From assembly GCF_018977255.1 (NCBI RefSeq), contig NW_024704743.1, positions 93,374,001 to 93,438,000 of the forward strand: DNA of 64,000 nucleotides, written 5' to 3'. The translations under genes were made by a program, and so were the position numbers. Below, one piece after another: positions 1-14,613 of this stretch. Each line of letters starts with the position of its first letter. Position 1 is the stretch's first letter. The stretch is from Callorhinchus milii (lineage: Eukaryota). A model generated the notes under the pieces. That model had not been told where the DNA came from, ran no database searches, and saw only the letters and a program-made list of their open reading frames with translations.

Positions 1-1299
1 TTCAGTTCGTCTATTAAGTGGATTGTCCCAGAGCCTGGCTAAACTAAGAATGTGTGAAAATCATTACATCTATATTGTATTTCTAATTGTATTTCTCATA
101 TAAGTCTCTGGCACATGTACGTTACCTTTGGAGATTGCCATAGGAATTTTCTAGTAGTGATTGTCATAGCAATCTATTCTTATATGACTTTAGACAAACA
201 TATTTCCATTGTGGCTTTGGTACTTTCAGTCTGCGTTAAAGCATTGTAATTGAACGGAGATATTCCTGCAAAGATCATGAAAAGTGAAGTGTCCATGGTT
301 TCCACATGACAAAGAGCCAAGAATTGCAGGAATTAATGAGCTGCATTTCACAGGCCACTGGAATTAAACTGTGGTCAAAGAAAGCATGATGAACCCTAAG
401 TAGAAAGAAGGGACATTGATGCCAAATTGTGTGAAATCTCTAAGAGGTTAAAACTGGGAGTGTTGTAGTGGATGTGACTCATAAACATCTGTAATTTCCC
501 CTGAATGTTTTTTGAAGCAGGTTTGACACAATGTAAAATATATCAGACCCCTGCTGCATTGAGGTGCCAGGCCTCATCAATTCCTGGCTTCAGTGGAGTC
601 TGTTTTCTGCTGTCTGTCTAATGATACCCAAAGATCACATGTACACATTGGCAGGGGACACCACATACATTTTTGAAATTCCATGCAGGACATTTATGAT
701 GTAAATTAAGATGTCTGATGTAATTTGGGAATTAAGGGGAAAACAGTTCTTTTGAACAAAATAAACTAGCCATTATTTATATAGTTACACAGACCGTACA
801 GAGTGGAGACGTGTGGAGGGTAAGATGACTGAAGACAAAGTCTCTGGGAAGAGATAAAATGATTTTTGTGCATTTGAAACTGATGCCATATACATCAGCA
901 CCTCTTGATTTTAGCTTCACACTGACCTTCAGCTGATTAAATGCTCTCTTCACTCAAATGATGGACATTCTGGAGGCCTTCCTTTGCCATTGTCAGCCAG
1001 TGCTGACAGTGCCACCAAATAGTGCTAAGGAACCCTAGCCCTCCCTCAGCCTTGGCCATTGACCACTAGAACTAAACCTTCTTCTTCACAGATGTCGGTC
1101 AGTCGACCATAAGACTGTAATGCCACAATACGCCCTACCTCTTTGACCTGCTCATAACACCACTCCTTTCCCTGCCCCCTTCGCTCAGCTAACAGAGGCC
1201 TACTGCACATCCCTGACCCCTCTGTGCCACCGTCAACAGCCATGCCATGTAGCCATGATATTTCTGCCTCAATCCCTCCAATTTGCTTGAAGAGCTCAC

Positions 1300-1590
1300 T
1301 GGAGTAAAATAGTGATTAGGGGAAGTAAAAGAAAATTTAGGAGGATTTACTTCACATATAGCATAGTGAAAATGAGGGATTTGTTGCCCGAAGTGATAGT
1401 TGAATCAGATGCTATAGATTCAGATTTCTCATTTAAGAGAAAGCTAGACCTCTTATGAGAGAAAGGAGAATTGAAGGGTATGGGAGTGTAAGGAGAGAGT
1501 GGAGACACATATATGGAGTATAAACATCAGCATGGACTAGTTGGGCCGAATAACCTGTGTCCATACTGTACGATCAATGTAAATCTATGT
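1300..1590 (+). mobile_element. Old CR1 3' remnant
   Basis: TTTAAGAGAAAGCTAGA...GAAGGGTATGGG...TTGGGCCGAATAACCTGTGTCC. Confidence 0.6.
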
Positions 1591-1829
1591 AACTCGCTCT
1601 TCAATGTGCCTCTGGTCACCTCCCCAGCCCACTTCTCCCTTGTGCAGCGTCAAATCCTGCCATTTCACAATGCTCCAAGATGCTATCCTGCATGAAGGGC
1701 ACAATATAATTGCAAGTTGTTGTATAACAACGGAACTCCTCAAAGCGCATTGCAGGGAATTGCTCTCAAGTGTTTTAAATATTGAATCCCTCTTTTTTAC
1801 AAACCGCAGCACAGAATTTTAACACCTCC

Positions 1830-2092
1830 AGTTCTTTGGTTGAGACATTAAACCGAAGTTCCATCTGCTTGTCCAGGTGGATGTTAATGATCCCATGGCA
1901 CTCGTTAAAAAGTGAAGGGAATTTCTCTCTTTATCTTGGACAACAACCTCCAAATAAAATGGGTCATTCACTTCATGATTGTTCGTGGGATATTGCTGTG
2001 CACAAATTGGCTGCTGCCCACAAATACACAGTCACTCTGTTTCATCGTAAAATCCTGTGAAATGCTTTGGGACATTCTCTTGATATGAGAGG
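1830..2092 (+). mobile_element. Old DeuSINE-like 3' half
   Basis: TGAGACATTAAACCGA...GATCCCATGGCAC...GCTGTGCACAAATTGGCTGC. Confidence 0.7.
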
Positions 2093-4264
2093 TGATCATT
2101 TATCCTCAGTAATATTCCTTGATTCATTAAATATTTAAAATTATCTACTCTAATTCATGAGATACATTTTTAAATTAAAATGTGTACTATTATAAAACAC
2201 ACATAAACCAATCTGAATTTGGAAATGCTATGAAAACAATATTTAATCCCCAAACCACCAATTCAGCAAGCAGCACAGAAAAGGTTAGAGTAAAATTATT
2301 ACAGCTGTTGATTATGCAAGTAAACAACTGTACAACAATCACATTTATATTCTAAAAAGCCAGACCTGTGATAAAAATGCAAATATAAATTTGCATACAC
2401 TTCAATATCTAATTATTATGGCAGCTTCAGCCACCTGCTTCAGTTAACACAACTAGGAAATAATTCAAGTGAGTGGAAATTGGTGGGCCTCAAAATATAC
2501 AGTATTTGTTGTTTTCTGGTGAACAAGGTTCTCACCTCATCAAGTTTATCTCAAGCCCTATAATTTTGACCACTTTTGGTCAGCCTTCTTCTCCCCACCC
2601 CCCTTGACTCCCATCCCTAGCTCGGATGCCAAGCCAGGATTGTTAAGTGCATTGGGACGTGCACTGTAAATTTGTATTGTAATGTACAGTAAAATAAAGG
2701 CAAAAATGTTTAAAGGTAATATAACCATTTATATTTTCGCCTCCTATTTCTCCCTCTTCTCCCTAACATCAACAGCAATGTCCATCTTATTCATCACTCC
2801 ATACCTGAGGAGGATAGAAGAGCTTGGGCCACAGACTGCAATATAATACAACCACCCCATTGCTCCTGCTGGGTACTGTAAATTGACTGGGGAGGTTGTT
2901 ACATGTGAGATTCTTCCTCCCTCTCTGATGGATGGTAAAGTGTCACAGGGGTATTCAATCTGGCAACCTGGCTGACAACTGTCAGAACTCACCCAGTCAA
3001 GGTAACTGAATGCAACTGACAGGAAATGCTCACTGCATTTCCACAGTATAAGAGCGAAACAAAAGCACAGCAACCACAACAAAATTACGTTTAAGTAGTG
3101 CCTTTCACATCGGAAGGACGTCCCAAGGTGCTCAAAAGTTAAGGGTTCAAAAGGATTCCTTTTGCAATGTTTGATCCTTTGTGTGGATGAGCATTAATAC
3201 ACAGTTCTGAATCTGGATTTGGCTCAATAAAGGCATTTACTTTAAATTGGAAGAGAAAATATATTACTCTCTCTACTGACCACCCCCCCACCCCACCCCA
3301 CCTCCACCCACCACCACCCAACCCATGGGACATAGATTTTAGAGGGTCCATATACTCAGTGAACATCTGTGGTTCAGAGCTTTGGGTTTGGAACGCTCTA
3401 TTCCTTTAAGAAAATATGCTACACATATTTGCAGCACTTTCCCCTTGCAGTGATATTGCTCCAACACCCGAATCTTGTAGCAAACAGTGAACTTGGCAAC
3501 TGAAGATCAGATTGATGTAATTTGAAAGTATTGGACTGCAGTATTCGCTCATTAAAATATATCCCTCAGGATCTGCTCATACGATGAATAACAGAAAAGA
3601 ACACATGATACTTAGAGTTGCTGATGTCTGCTTTGCTGGAAGCAATTGCTCACATTCTACATTATAGCCATTTGAAAACACAGCATGAGCTGGAGGATCT
3701 CAACTCTCAACTAAAAACATGTTAATATCTACAATGCAAATAGATGTTGGGTGAGTAATACCACATAATAATACATTTTAAAAGTACTTTGTTTGCTTGT
3801 GGTTTTACAGTAATATTGCAGAAATAGCCTCATGTGTTTACTCATCCAGATTTAATAAATAAATTTGCATGAAATTTATGACAAGGTATATTGGGATGAA
3901 AAATGCAACACTTCATAATAGATTTGATGAGATAATTCATAATGAATCTATGAAGAACACTGACATTTCAGGTGATAGTTATTGGCTGTTTTTTCAGGTG
4001 TGAAACCTCTCCCCTCTTCCCTCCCCCATCCCCCCATTGATTTCAGCATAATATCTGCATTGCCATCTTGGATTACCATTTAGCAGATGGGATTCTTGTT
4101 CCTAAACTAAGTTTTTCATGGAATACTGATTGAGTTAACCTGGTATCTCATGAAGCTGCATTCAAATACAAATGCCGATTCAAAGCAATGATACTTACAT
4201 CTAACCTCTTAAACCTGGAGATGTTGGTGCTTATAATTATCAACAACACCTTGCAATCATATAG

Positions 4265-4480
4265 TTCTCTTCCTACAGGGTGGTGTCTTGGAGTATTGCA
4301 CAGTGGCAGGGCTGAATGCTGAGCAAGAGAGAAGGGGGAGGCCAGATGACCAGATGTGGTCAAAGAGGTAAGTCTTAAAGGTGGGATTTAAAGGTAGATA
4401 AAGAGGGGGCAAGGTGTTAGGATTGAGGTAGGGAGTTCCAGAGATTAGGGGCATAGTGTCTGAAGGCACAGCCACCAATG
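4265..4480 (-). mobile_element. Old L2 3' remnant
   Basis: FKTYLFDHIW-like C-terminus and degenerate tail. Confidence 0.55.
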
Positions 4481-5124
4481 GCATCACATACATGATACAT
4501 TTTTTATTCCTTTGTCTCAACCAGAACTTCCAAGGCACCGTACAAAATTGAAATTAATAATATCCTGCATGGTTTTGAAGGATAGTTAATTAAACTCATG
4601 ACTGACTTGAACAAAACAAAACATATGTATTACTGTTGTGTCAAAAGGATAACTTGTTCTGATGTATGTGGTCAATAACAAAGGCTCAGATTCCAGATCA
4701 GCAATATTTTGCTTATTATAATGTAATAAAATCAAAGAATCAAGAAACAAAGTTGATATTTTATCACATTGGTCGTGATCTCATGTAATCATGCCAAAAT
4801 AAACTTAAGAAAAATATACTTTCGTCCCGTTACAAATTACTCAAACTAAGGATTTTTATAGATATTTTAAACCATAACTTAGATGTTTAATGGCTCAATT
4901 GTGGAAAGAAATATCTTAATGGGAAGATATTAAGTTTTATAACTGTAATTTGCTATCATACCAAATTATTTCTCAAGGTTGATCTTTTTAAATGGGTAAT
5001 TCAGAAAATTTCCTTTAACGTCTATTTTTAAAGCAGGTAGCATGATATATGTAACTGAAGTGAAGTAAACTGAAAACAGTAAACTGAAAACTGCGACTGT
5101 TCAATTGCTTGCATCAATATCTAT

Positions 5125-5484
5125 TGAAGTCCTATAGCTTAGTGGTTAGAGCACTCACCTTGTAAGTGAAAGGACCTGGGTTCGATTCCAGACAGGGCGT
5201 AAAGTTGGGCAAGTTTCCTTACTCCACATGCCTTTGTTTACCTAGCAGTAAGTAGGAATCCGATTGTTAGTCAATTGTTGGATTGCTTTGCCAGGGATAA
5301 TAATCCTACAAAAAAAATGTGTTCGCTCAATCCACGATTGTTTGTGGGACACAGCTGTATGCAATTGGCTGCCACGTTTCACCCACAAATATACAATCAA
5401 TTCACTTTACAGTATGTTCTTGAAGCGCTTTGACATGTCTAGCTGATGTGATGAGGTGCTATACCAAATGTAAGGATTATTATT
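5125..5484 (+). mobile_element. tRNA-headed SINE, long subfamily B
   Basis: Same head plus extra GTTTACCTAGCAGTAAGTAGGAA segment; Deu-like 3' part; hairpin tail. Confidence 0.88.
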
Positions 5485-7164
5485 GTTGCCGGCATTAATT
5501 AACTCAACATAATTCATGATCTTTTAGTGATTAACACAAAATGGCCGGTATACAATAGCTCAACCCTCTCAGGAAGTGTTTGATTTTTCCAGCTACAGCA
5601 CCTGCCTTTATTATTCTTTACAGTGTCTTGTAATCTTTTTGTGTATAATATTTCTTTTCTAGGATTGATCTGCAGAAAAGAGTCAAGGCCTCCCTAACTT
5701 TAAAAAATACTTTTTTATAAACTGATCAGCACAAATTTTATCCCAATAATATTTTACAAGAAAGGTTCCTTTTGTCTTTTGTTTTGTTATTACATGAGTA
5801 CTTTGTAGGAAAATTACAACCTTTCTTCTACACTATGGTCTAATATGCAGTTTAATTCAGTAATTCCTCAATTATCAGCTAGAAATTACTCAGGTGTTCT
5901 GGAAACAACTTTCACCTTCCCAACACGGTTTGCAATGCTAACATCCACAAAACTGGGTCACGTATTCAACTTCCACCTCACAATCTGTGATTTTCAACTG
6001 ATAGTTAGTGGGACAGTAGTTTAACTCAAAACTCTGTTTAACTTTAACTTCATCTCCCCATCACCCTGGTCCTTGCCAGGCTTCACCCCTTCATACAATG
6101 GATTGACTTCAAGATCCTCACGTTCATCTAGAAATACCTTCATGCCCTGGCACCTCCCTATCTCTCTGACCTGCTTACTATTATGTGCACCAAGACAATG
6201 CCCTGCTTGAGGAATGCAATATAAATGCAAGTTGTTGTTGTTGAGTTATTAGTCCCACGAGCAGAAAGCCGAATGCACAATTATCAAAATTGTGGGTATC
6301 AGCATTGATAACAGTGTTAGGGGACCTGTCTCAAGCACAATCAGGCAATTTGTAGTTGATGCTTTAGAACTTCTAAATTGAATTAATAATAACAATACTT
6401 GCATTTAATATGACGCCTATAGCTATTGTAAGATGCTTTGAGATGTTATAGGTGCCATATTAAATACAGTTAAAACACAGCATCACAGCACTAAGCCACA
6501 TGTTAAACTCACTTATCCTTCTCTTTTAAATGCATCTTCCCAATGTGAAAGTCGCTATACAAATGCAATTTGTTGTTGAATATCAACTTTGATTGCTTGC
6601 CTTCTTCTATTTTGTATTTCACCATTACATTGGAGTGTCAGCTTCATCTGTAATATTAAAGTCATGATGTAGGACTTGAACCCACACCCTTTCGATCCAG
6701 AAGCAGTAGTGTTACCAACTGAGCCAAATTGACAATTTTGTTTTCAAACGTGACAGCTAATCAATGACATACTTTCTTCTCTTCCATTTCTAGGATTCTT
6801 TCTATTTGAAGATGTGAAGAACTACTAGTTGTTGCAGAGGTCATCAGCATTGAACTCCCTGGACTTGACCTTGCTTTAGGATAATCTCCGTTCATTACAG
6901 CAGCAGTGATTAATTACCTCTCTGAGAAGGTGAAAGATGCCTACTTCTGCTCAGCATAAGATAAGACTTTGTTTTCTGAGCTTCAAGGTTGTGTAAAAAA
7001 AACTGCAGTGTAAAGTGGATTTAGTAAGCTTAGGAACAAGCTAAAATAAAAATCTTGTAAAATTCTGAAAGTACATTTCTTTGTTGGATTAACAGATACA
7101 GATGCTTACATGTATGGAAATACACAAGAACAGATTAAATGGGGAAGATAAATTAATTTAAAAA

Positions 7165-8477
7165 AAAACTTACATTTGATATAGTGTCTTATCGTGGATT
7201 TGAGACATCTCAAAGTGCTTCACAGAATGTAATGTAACGTGAATTAACTGTATATTTTGTGGGCGAAACGTGCGGCCAATACCGCACAGCAACAACAACA
7301 ACAACAACAAGATTCCATTTATAGAGCGCCTTTCACGTCAGGAGGACGTCCCAAGGCGCTGCACAGTTGGGTCATGACCTGAGCAGGGGGGAAATGGTCA
7401 GGGTGAGGGGAGGGAAGGGAGGGAGAGAGGAGGGGGAAATGGTCAGGGTGAGGGGAGGGAAGGGAGGGAGCGAGGAGGAGGAAGAGAGTCGAGAGGGGAG
7501 CTGAAGGCACGGTCAAAGAGAAAGGTTTTGAGACCGGCCTTGAAGGAGGAAAGGGAGGAAGCAAGGCGAAGGCACTGGGGGATGGAGTTCCAGAGCCTGG
7601 GGGCTGAGAGGCTGAAGGCCCGACCACCGATGGTAGGGCGGTTGGGGCGGGGGACGTGGAGCAGACCGGAGCCAGAGGAACGGAGGGTACGGGCAGGTAG
7701 GTAGGGGGATAGTAGGTTGGAGAGGTAGGAGGGAGCAAGGCCGTGAATGGCCTTGTAGGTGAGGATGAGGATCTTGAAATCAATCCTCTGGGGGATGGGG
7801 AGCCAGTGGAGGCGAGCGAGGGTGGGAGTGATGTGATCGCGAAGCCTGGTGCGGGACAGTACACGAGCTGCAGAGTTCTGAATGACCTGCAGCTTGTGGA
7901 GGGAGGTGCCGGGAAGGCCGGCGAGGAGAGAGTTCCCATAGTCCAGCCTTGAGGTGACAAAGGCGTGAACCAGGGTTTCAGCGGCGTGAGGGGTGAGGTA
8001 GTGCCGTAATCTGGCGATATTCCGGAGGTGATGGAAGGCGGTGCCAGTTGTGGTGCGGATGTGAGGGAGAAAGGACAGCTCAGGGTCGAACAAAACGCCG
8101 AGGTTCCTGACTGGCTTTGAGAGGTGGAGAGTGCAGCCTTGGATGCTGATGGTGTCAGCGCCTGAGGTGCGGAGGCGCTGACGTGAGCCAATCAGGAGGG
8201 CCTCGGTTTTTCGCACGTTGAGCTGAAGAAAGTTGTCTCTCGTCCAGGACAGCAGTGTCCCACAAACAGTTGTGGATTGAGTGACCAATTTTTTTAAGGA
8301 ATTGTTACCCCCAGAAAAGCGATCTGCTAATTGACTCACAACTGGGTTCCTACTTACTGCTAGGTAAACAGGCGTGTGGAGTAAGGAACCTTGCCCAACA
8401 TTTCACCCTGCCGGGAATCGAACCCAGGTCTTTCACTTGCGAGGCGAGTGCTCTAACCACTAAGATACAAAACTCCA
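7165..8477 (-). mobile_element. SINE subfamily B split by the L2 insertion (parts 7165-7291 and 8249-8477)
   Basis: The two halves rejoin as GCACAGC|AGTGTCCCACAAACAG. Confidence 0.88.
7292..8250 (-). mobile_element. 5'-truncated young L2 family A copy nested in a SINE
   Basis: ORF 7443-8250 is almost identical to the C-terminus of the 55117 ORF; (CAA)n tail; ACAGCA repeated at 7286-7291 and 8249-8254. Confidence 0.93.
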
Positions 8478-9029
8478 AGTATAGAAATTAAGAGAAGGTT
8501 TCCTGTCAGAAAAGGCTCATTGGACACGGGCCCCTGCTTGTGACATTTAAATGCTAAATCGTCTGTCATAGAAATTTGCCACTCGGCTGACTATATCATA
8601 GCTGATCATCAAAGACAATTCTTCATAGTATTATAAACGTTTTGTGTATTGAGGTGGAGGCTATGTAAATTATTAGATGGTGCAAAGCAGCTGACATACA
8701 AACCATGTGCTCATTTCTACCATGATTACTCCTCATGATAACTCATCATCAAACTTTTCAACTTGCAAACCTAAAGCCTTTCCTTATATAGTTAACCATA
8801 CACTTATCTGCTGTATCTTCTCCCGATATTACTTGAAGCATCGACCTGTGTTTTTTTTCCAGATTTTGATTGATCTACTGTGCATTTCCAGGGTTTGCTG
8901 TTTGCACTTCTGATTTCTAAACTTTTGCAACTTTTTTTACTTTTTTCCAAAAAAGATTAAAAATCTATTTATAAATTCCCAAATCAGAAACCCAATCAAT
9001 GCTTCAATATAATCAAAAAAAATCATTAA

Positions 9030-9610
9030 ATGTTACAGCTCAGAAAGAAGGCCATTTAACCCATTGTGTCTGTGCTCGCTCTCTGGAAGAGCAAGCCATT
9101 TAATCTCACTCTCTTGCCTTTCCTGTACTCTTCTGCATTTTCATTTTCAAAAAGTTTTCCAATTCCCTTTTACAATTTATTATGGATTCTGCTTCAACCA
9201 TTGATTAGGGGAGAGATTTCCATGATCTAATAATCCCTTGTGTAAAAAAACATGGGCTCTTAATCTCCCACTTTGGTCTTTTAGTGATAATCTCACATTT
9301 AAAGTAACTGACTTCCCAACCAGTGGAAATGATTTCCTATTTACCTTACCAAAATCTTTTATAGATTTGAATATCTCAATCAAATACTCAACCTACTCAG
9401 TTCTCATGCAAACAGATTCAATTTCTCTCATCTTTCATCAGAACTACCAACTCACATGCCTAGCAATATCCAAGTGAATCTCTATTATGCCTTCTCTATG
9501 CCCTGGACACCATTCCTAAAGTGGAATGCCCAAAACTTAATATGATTTTCTAGTTGTAGTCCGACTAACAGTTGGTAAAGTTTTAGCAAAGATTTTTTCT
9601 TTTGCTCTCT
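9030..9610 (-). mobile_element. Old CR1 3' fragment
   Basis: MIEIFKSIKDFGKVNRK.FPLVGKSVT; 3'-end motif GAAGGCCATT..CCCAT. Confidence 0.7.
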
Positions 9611-10283
9611 TTGCACCAAATGCGCAATAGGATTTGCAAGTGACTACAAATATAAGAATTGCCATCAGGGTTGACAATCATCAATATATTATAATTTCTA
9701 CATATGCAGAAATTACAGAGTGAAACCACAGAGAAAATATGTACTAATTTTCCTGCAACATGAAATCAGCTAGTCGTAAAGAGACTGACTATAACTAGCA
9801 TTGAGTCCCACTAATTTTCTGCCCCATCTGTCAGCTCCTACCACTGTCTATCCATTGCCACTGCCATTCCAGGTTCCACTATCTAACCACATGAGGGAAA
9901 AATTCCACCTGGGTGTGGATTTACGTTTTTTTTAGCATTTCAGTATCCAGATTTTTGCAAATTCGTAAATCCAATCATTATTTTCAAGGATTTTTTTCTG
10001 GAAATACTTGCTTCAAAGTTAAAACTGAATTTGATGATTTTCGAAATTCAATACATTCTGAAATGCTATGAAAATTGAGTAAATCTCAGGTGGAATTTTT
10101 TTCCCCGTTGTGGTCTTTTCCCACATTTCATCCCTTTGATGGAGCACTGAACATTCGTCATTGTATCCCACATATTCAGGTCCATTGCAGTCCTCTCACA
10201 GTAGTTCTCTCCAATTATTTTGTTGCTAGTAACTATCCTCCTTGAGGGGATGGGGGTGTGTGGGGGAAAGGGGGGAAAGTAAG

Positions 10284-10479
10284 TGGGGTCTCCTTGGATC
10301 TCAACCTGCACCTATTACTTTCCGGAATTAGGTAAGTAGGATGTGGCCCTCCAGGGCGAGAGTGTGCATTCCATTCCAACAACCTATCTCTACGATTTCC
10401 ATGTGTTGGTGGGATCCATGGAAATCTCAACTTGGTTTGGATGCTCTTCAGCATGGTGATGGGTTTCCGCATGTGTCAG
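10284..10479 (-). repeat. Unclassified interspersed repeat, partial copy
   Basis: Reverse complement matches 63133-63337. Confidence 0.78.
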
Positions 10480-11097
10480 TACTAGTGCCTTGGGACGTCC
10501 TCCCGACGTGAAATGTGCTATACAAATGTAATTTTGTTGTTGTTATGAGTCACACTAGTTGACCAAAATATATATATATATTTTGCTGCTGCTAAAAACA
10601 CTTTAAGATATCATCCTATGTAAACGATAGATTTTAAACCAGCCCCTGGACAATCCCACTGAGGAGCAATAAGTATGTAATAGGCTTCTTGCTCCACATT
10701 ACTCCACTACAAGTTATATTGGGCTTTAAAAAGTATTGAACCAGCATAACTGCTGCCTAACTGCCAGTAGAAATGTCTCCAGACATAAACTGAGCTTTTT
10801 GAAGGGAATGGTTCCCTATTTCCTATTGGATTGACTTTAAGATCCTTGTTCCAATTTTAAACTTTGAGATCTCTTGATGACAAGATATAGTACTACATCA
10901 AATGCAAGAATTATAATATTAAAATATTTCCGTGTTTTTGTCCCAAACTATCTCTGTGATTTCTTGTGGTCCTATTCCCTCCCCATCCACTCGACGACAC
11001 CATTGCCAGATGACCCTTCAGCCACCTTGACACTGCTCTCTGGATATCCGTCTCTCCTAAATCCCTCTGCCTTGCATGCACCCTCCTCTGCTTTCTT

Positions 11098-11320
11098 TTT
11101 GAGCTGTGCCATGGGATCTTTAACAGCCATCTTCAGGTGCAGAAGCGGCCTCAATTTAACATTTTATCCAAAGGATGGAACCTCCAACAATGCAGCACAC
11201 CCCCATCCACTGTAGTATTATCCTAGACTATATCAGGTCAAAGTTCTGACATAAGGCTTGAACCTACAACCTTCTGACTCATAGTTGGGAATGCTACCAA
11301 CTGAGCCAGGTTGACCTTTA
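11098..11320 (-). mobile_element. Old DeuSINE-like 5' half
   Basis: Reverse complement of head and AAAGATCCCATGGCAC motif. Confidence 0.65.
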
Positions 11321-12279
11321 GCCATGTAAAAGGTGCTTAGTAAGTGCAAGTTTTTATCGGCAAAATGCCAATTTGCTGCTAAATGCCGCTAAATCGTCTA
11401 AATGCTGAGTTGCAAAATCTTATCTCTGGCCGGAGCAGAGTAGATCTCAGAACAGAAGTCTCATACATCAGCATGACATACAAAGCAGTTTCTTGGAGAA
11501 AACACAGTTGATATCACAAGGTGCTTTTTCAAATTGTGTCATTCAAGTGCTTTTTCAACCGCATCGCTTCACATTCAGCTGTATGAATACAATAATAGCA
11601 CTCAATACTATTTGCACAATCAGTAAGTAGCACAAATTAGAACCACAAACTTTAGGCCCCCTCGTATACCAAATTTGCTCATCCCTAAACAAAAATTAAA
11701 CTTCATGAGATTTGGATCATAGTCCATGGAGGTTACCAAACATGAATTGATCGTTCTTTGAAGAACAAATCTCTTAGGAAGGAAAGCTTGACACATGTTG
11801 TTTTGAGGGAAACATGGAGCTGATTTAGTGATTATGTCTTTGAAAGTTTACGCTATAAATTTGTGCATCTTTGTGATGCTTGGGATTATCGCGATTAATT
11901 TGTAATCTGTATCCTAAACACATCAGAAGCACCTCATTATCTATCATAGTCTGATCACAGATATGAAATATATATCTGATATATCAAATATATTTCATAA
12001 CGTACTTCTTTATATAAATTCCTCAGGAAAATTATACCATCCTGCTACAGTAATTGGAACAATCTTATGCAAAGCTTTGCCACAAATACAAGTTAGATCA
12101 ATGTAGTGCAGTGTAATTCCTGATTGAAATGTTTCCTTTACGTTGTTATTTTTTCACTACGTGCAATATACCTACACTTCTTTATTCAGGTGAAAAATGC
12201 TATGCTTCATTGGGGTATATACATACATGCAATGTGATCATTATTACGCTCAATCTGTTAAGAAATGTCAGAATTTCAA

Positions 12280-12720
12280 TCAATTCTTATCAGTCGGTTT
12301 TGTGGCAAACTGCAGAATATCCAGAGCTCTGCAGCCCATGTCTTCTCCCACACCAGGCTCCATGAGCCCACCACCCCCATATTTGGTTGTCTCCACTGGC
12401 TCTCCCTCTCCTAGCAGATAAAATTCAAGATCTTCAATCTTCTCACAATCAAACCCTTCCATGACTTCTCCTCATCCTAGTCCTGTGACCTCCTGCCACC
12501 TTCCCAACCTGACACTCCCTCTGCTCAGTAAACATTGATATCCTTCCTGTCTCTTGCCAGATTCCAACATTCAAAACAATACACATTAACATTTATGGGG
12601 CGACTTTCACGCCGGGAAGACCTCCCAGAGGGTTTGACGCTGCTGGCTGGGGACCTGATCTGGGGATGGGAGCCAAAGTGAGGTGGAGAGGGGATGGAGT
12701 AGAGGCAGAATGGTCGAAAA
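12280..12720. mobile_element. Two old L2 remnants (+ C-terminal part, - tail)
   Basis: LHWLP..IKFKI-like nucleotide motif on +; hairpin tail on - at about 12575-12640. Confidence 0.55.
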
Positions 12721-13154
12721 TCTGTCCAACAATGGTGGGTGAGCTCTCCAAAAAAAATCTTGTTTTTGGTGAATAAAAAATAACTTTGACGCACCTTACC
12801 CATTACACAACATTCTGATTAATTCAAACATACCAGATGGTCAACAAAATCTGCTATGTGTCCTTATAATGCTTTCACCGACTTACAAATAAAATCAATG
12901 TTGGATTAGAACTTTAATCTATGTTATATAAGATTTACTGCAATAGATCATGAATTATTTATCCTTTAAATAACTATGTCCTTAATCCATCCTAAATCTT
13001 TAGAGAGGCAATGGTATATTTTTGGACAAGCAATTTTCTTTGGATGTTTCAGTCAGATGAGTTTTCTCGAGAAAACATTTGAGTTAAACCAACTGGGCTC
13101 AGATTCCTCATGTTGCTCGGTGTAGAGACTAAGACAATGTCAATTTGTGATGAA

Positions 13155-14056
13155 AACTTCATTTCAACCTCCACCTAAACTCCCCTTGCACTACTTCTGC
13201 CAACTTCACTGCCCTCCTCTCCTCCCTAAACCTCACCCTTCATATAAATTCACCCACCCACAGCGGTGGTCATGCCCTTGACCTCGTTATCACCACGGCC
13301 TTGACATTTCCGACTACATCATAGTGGACCCTCCTCTACCACCCTTGGGGGTTCAACCCCCAATTATCCTTCCTCCCCCACATCCGGTCCCTCACCTGCA
13401 CCGTCTTCTTCCACCTCAGACGCATCGCCCGCCTCCACCAATACCTCTTTCCGAAAGCCGCTGAAATCCTGGTCCATGCCTTTGTCACCTCTGAGCCGGA
13501 CTAATCTAACACCCTCCTCATCGTCCTCTCCTCCACTACCATCCATAAAATCCAGATCATTGAAAACTCTGCCGCCCGCATTCTCACCTGCATCAAACTC
13601 AGCTCCCCGATCACCCCAGTCCTTGCCAGACTGAAGTGGCTGCCTGTCCCAGAGAGGATCGATTTCAATATCTTCTCCCTTGTATTCAAATTCCTGCCCT
13701 CCTCTGCACCCCCCTACCTCTCTGACCTCCTCTCTCCTCAAAATAGTACTTATTGCCTTCGTTCCTCCGGGTCTGGCCTCCTCCTCATCCCCCAAGTCTC
13801 TACTCCACCCTCGGCGGCCGTGCCTTCAGCCACTATGCCCCAAGGGTGTGGAATTCCCTTTCTCACTCCCTTCACCTCGCTCCCTCTCTTTCTATTTTCA
13901 GGTCTTTGCTGAAGACCTTTCTCTTCAACCACACCTTTGGTCACCTTCCTCCCCATACCCCAGGCTCGGTACCGGAATCCGTTACTGTAAAGTGCTCTGA
14001 GACGCTGTCCGGCATGGAGGGCGCTATATAAATCCAAGTTGTTATTGTTGTTGTTG
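13155..14056 (+). mobile_element. L2 family B copy with a large internal deletion
   Basis: EN-region remnant ([18 protein letters not shown], about 13240-13295) is joined within about 50 nt to the post-RT region ([13 protein letters not shown]); family B tail. Confidence 0.8.
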
Positions 14057-14613
14057 AAAACATCCAGTTGGAAACTATTAGACTTAACAGTGGAATTTCT
14101 CATTCATGATTTCAACCACTGTATTTTGAGCATTAGCAATAAATATCACTTTTACATATTTGTTTGAAGTTGAATTGTTAAATGTTAATTGTGGCCATCA
14201 TACATTGATCTTCCTTCATCAAACCTACAGCAGATTATTAAACTTTTATCAACAGAGTATTCTTTTCAGTTTCCTAACCCTACTATCAATGAACTAAACG
14301 CCATTTTTTAAAAAAAATTGATTTAAAGTTTTATAATAATAATCCTTGAATTTGATACAGGCCCTTATCATGTCTTTGAGCCATCTCAAAGCGCTTCACA
14401 GAATATATTGCAAAGTGAATTGACTGTGTATTTTGTGGGCGAAAGGCGGCAACCAATTGGACACAGCAGTGTCAAACATTTGTGGATTGAGTGACCAAAT
14501 TATTATTTTTATTTGCATCTTAAACTGTTTGTTGCTGAAAATGAAAGGCAGAACTCTTCCCCCACTGGTCGAATCTGGCTGTTGGCCCAAGGCGAGTGCA
14601 ACTCATAGAAAGA

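Noticed and set aside
134..173. Two RFX X-box-like palindromes (ATTGCCATAGGAAT, ATTGTCATAGCAAT)
   Set aside because: Both miss the terminal G/C of the consensus; no supporting context.
8800..8930. Possible third Penelope-like terminus
   Set aside because: Too degenerate to align confidently by eye.
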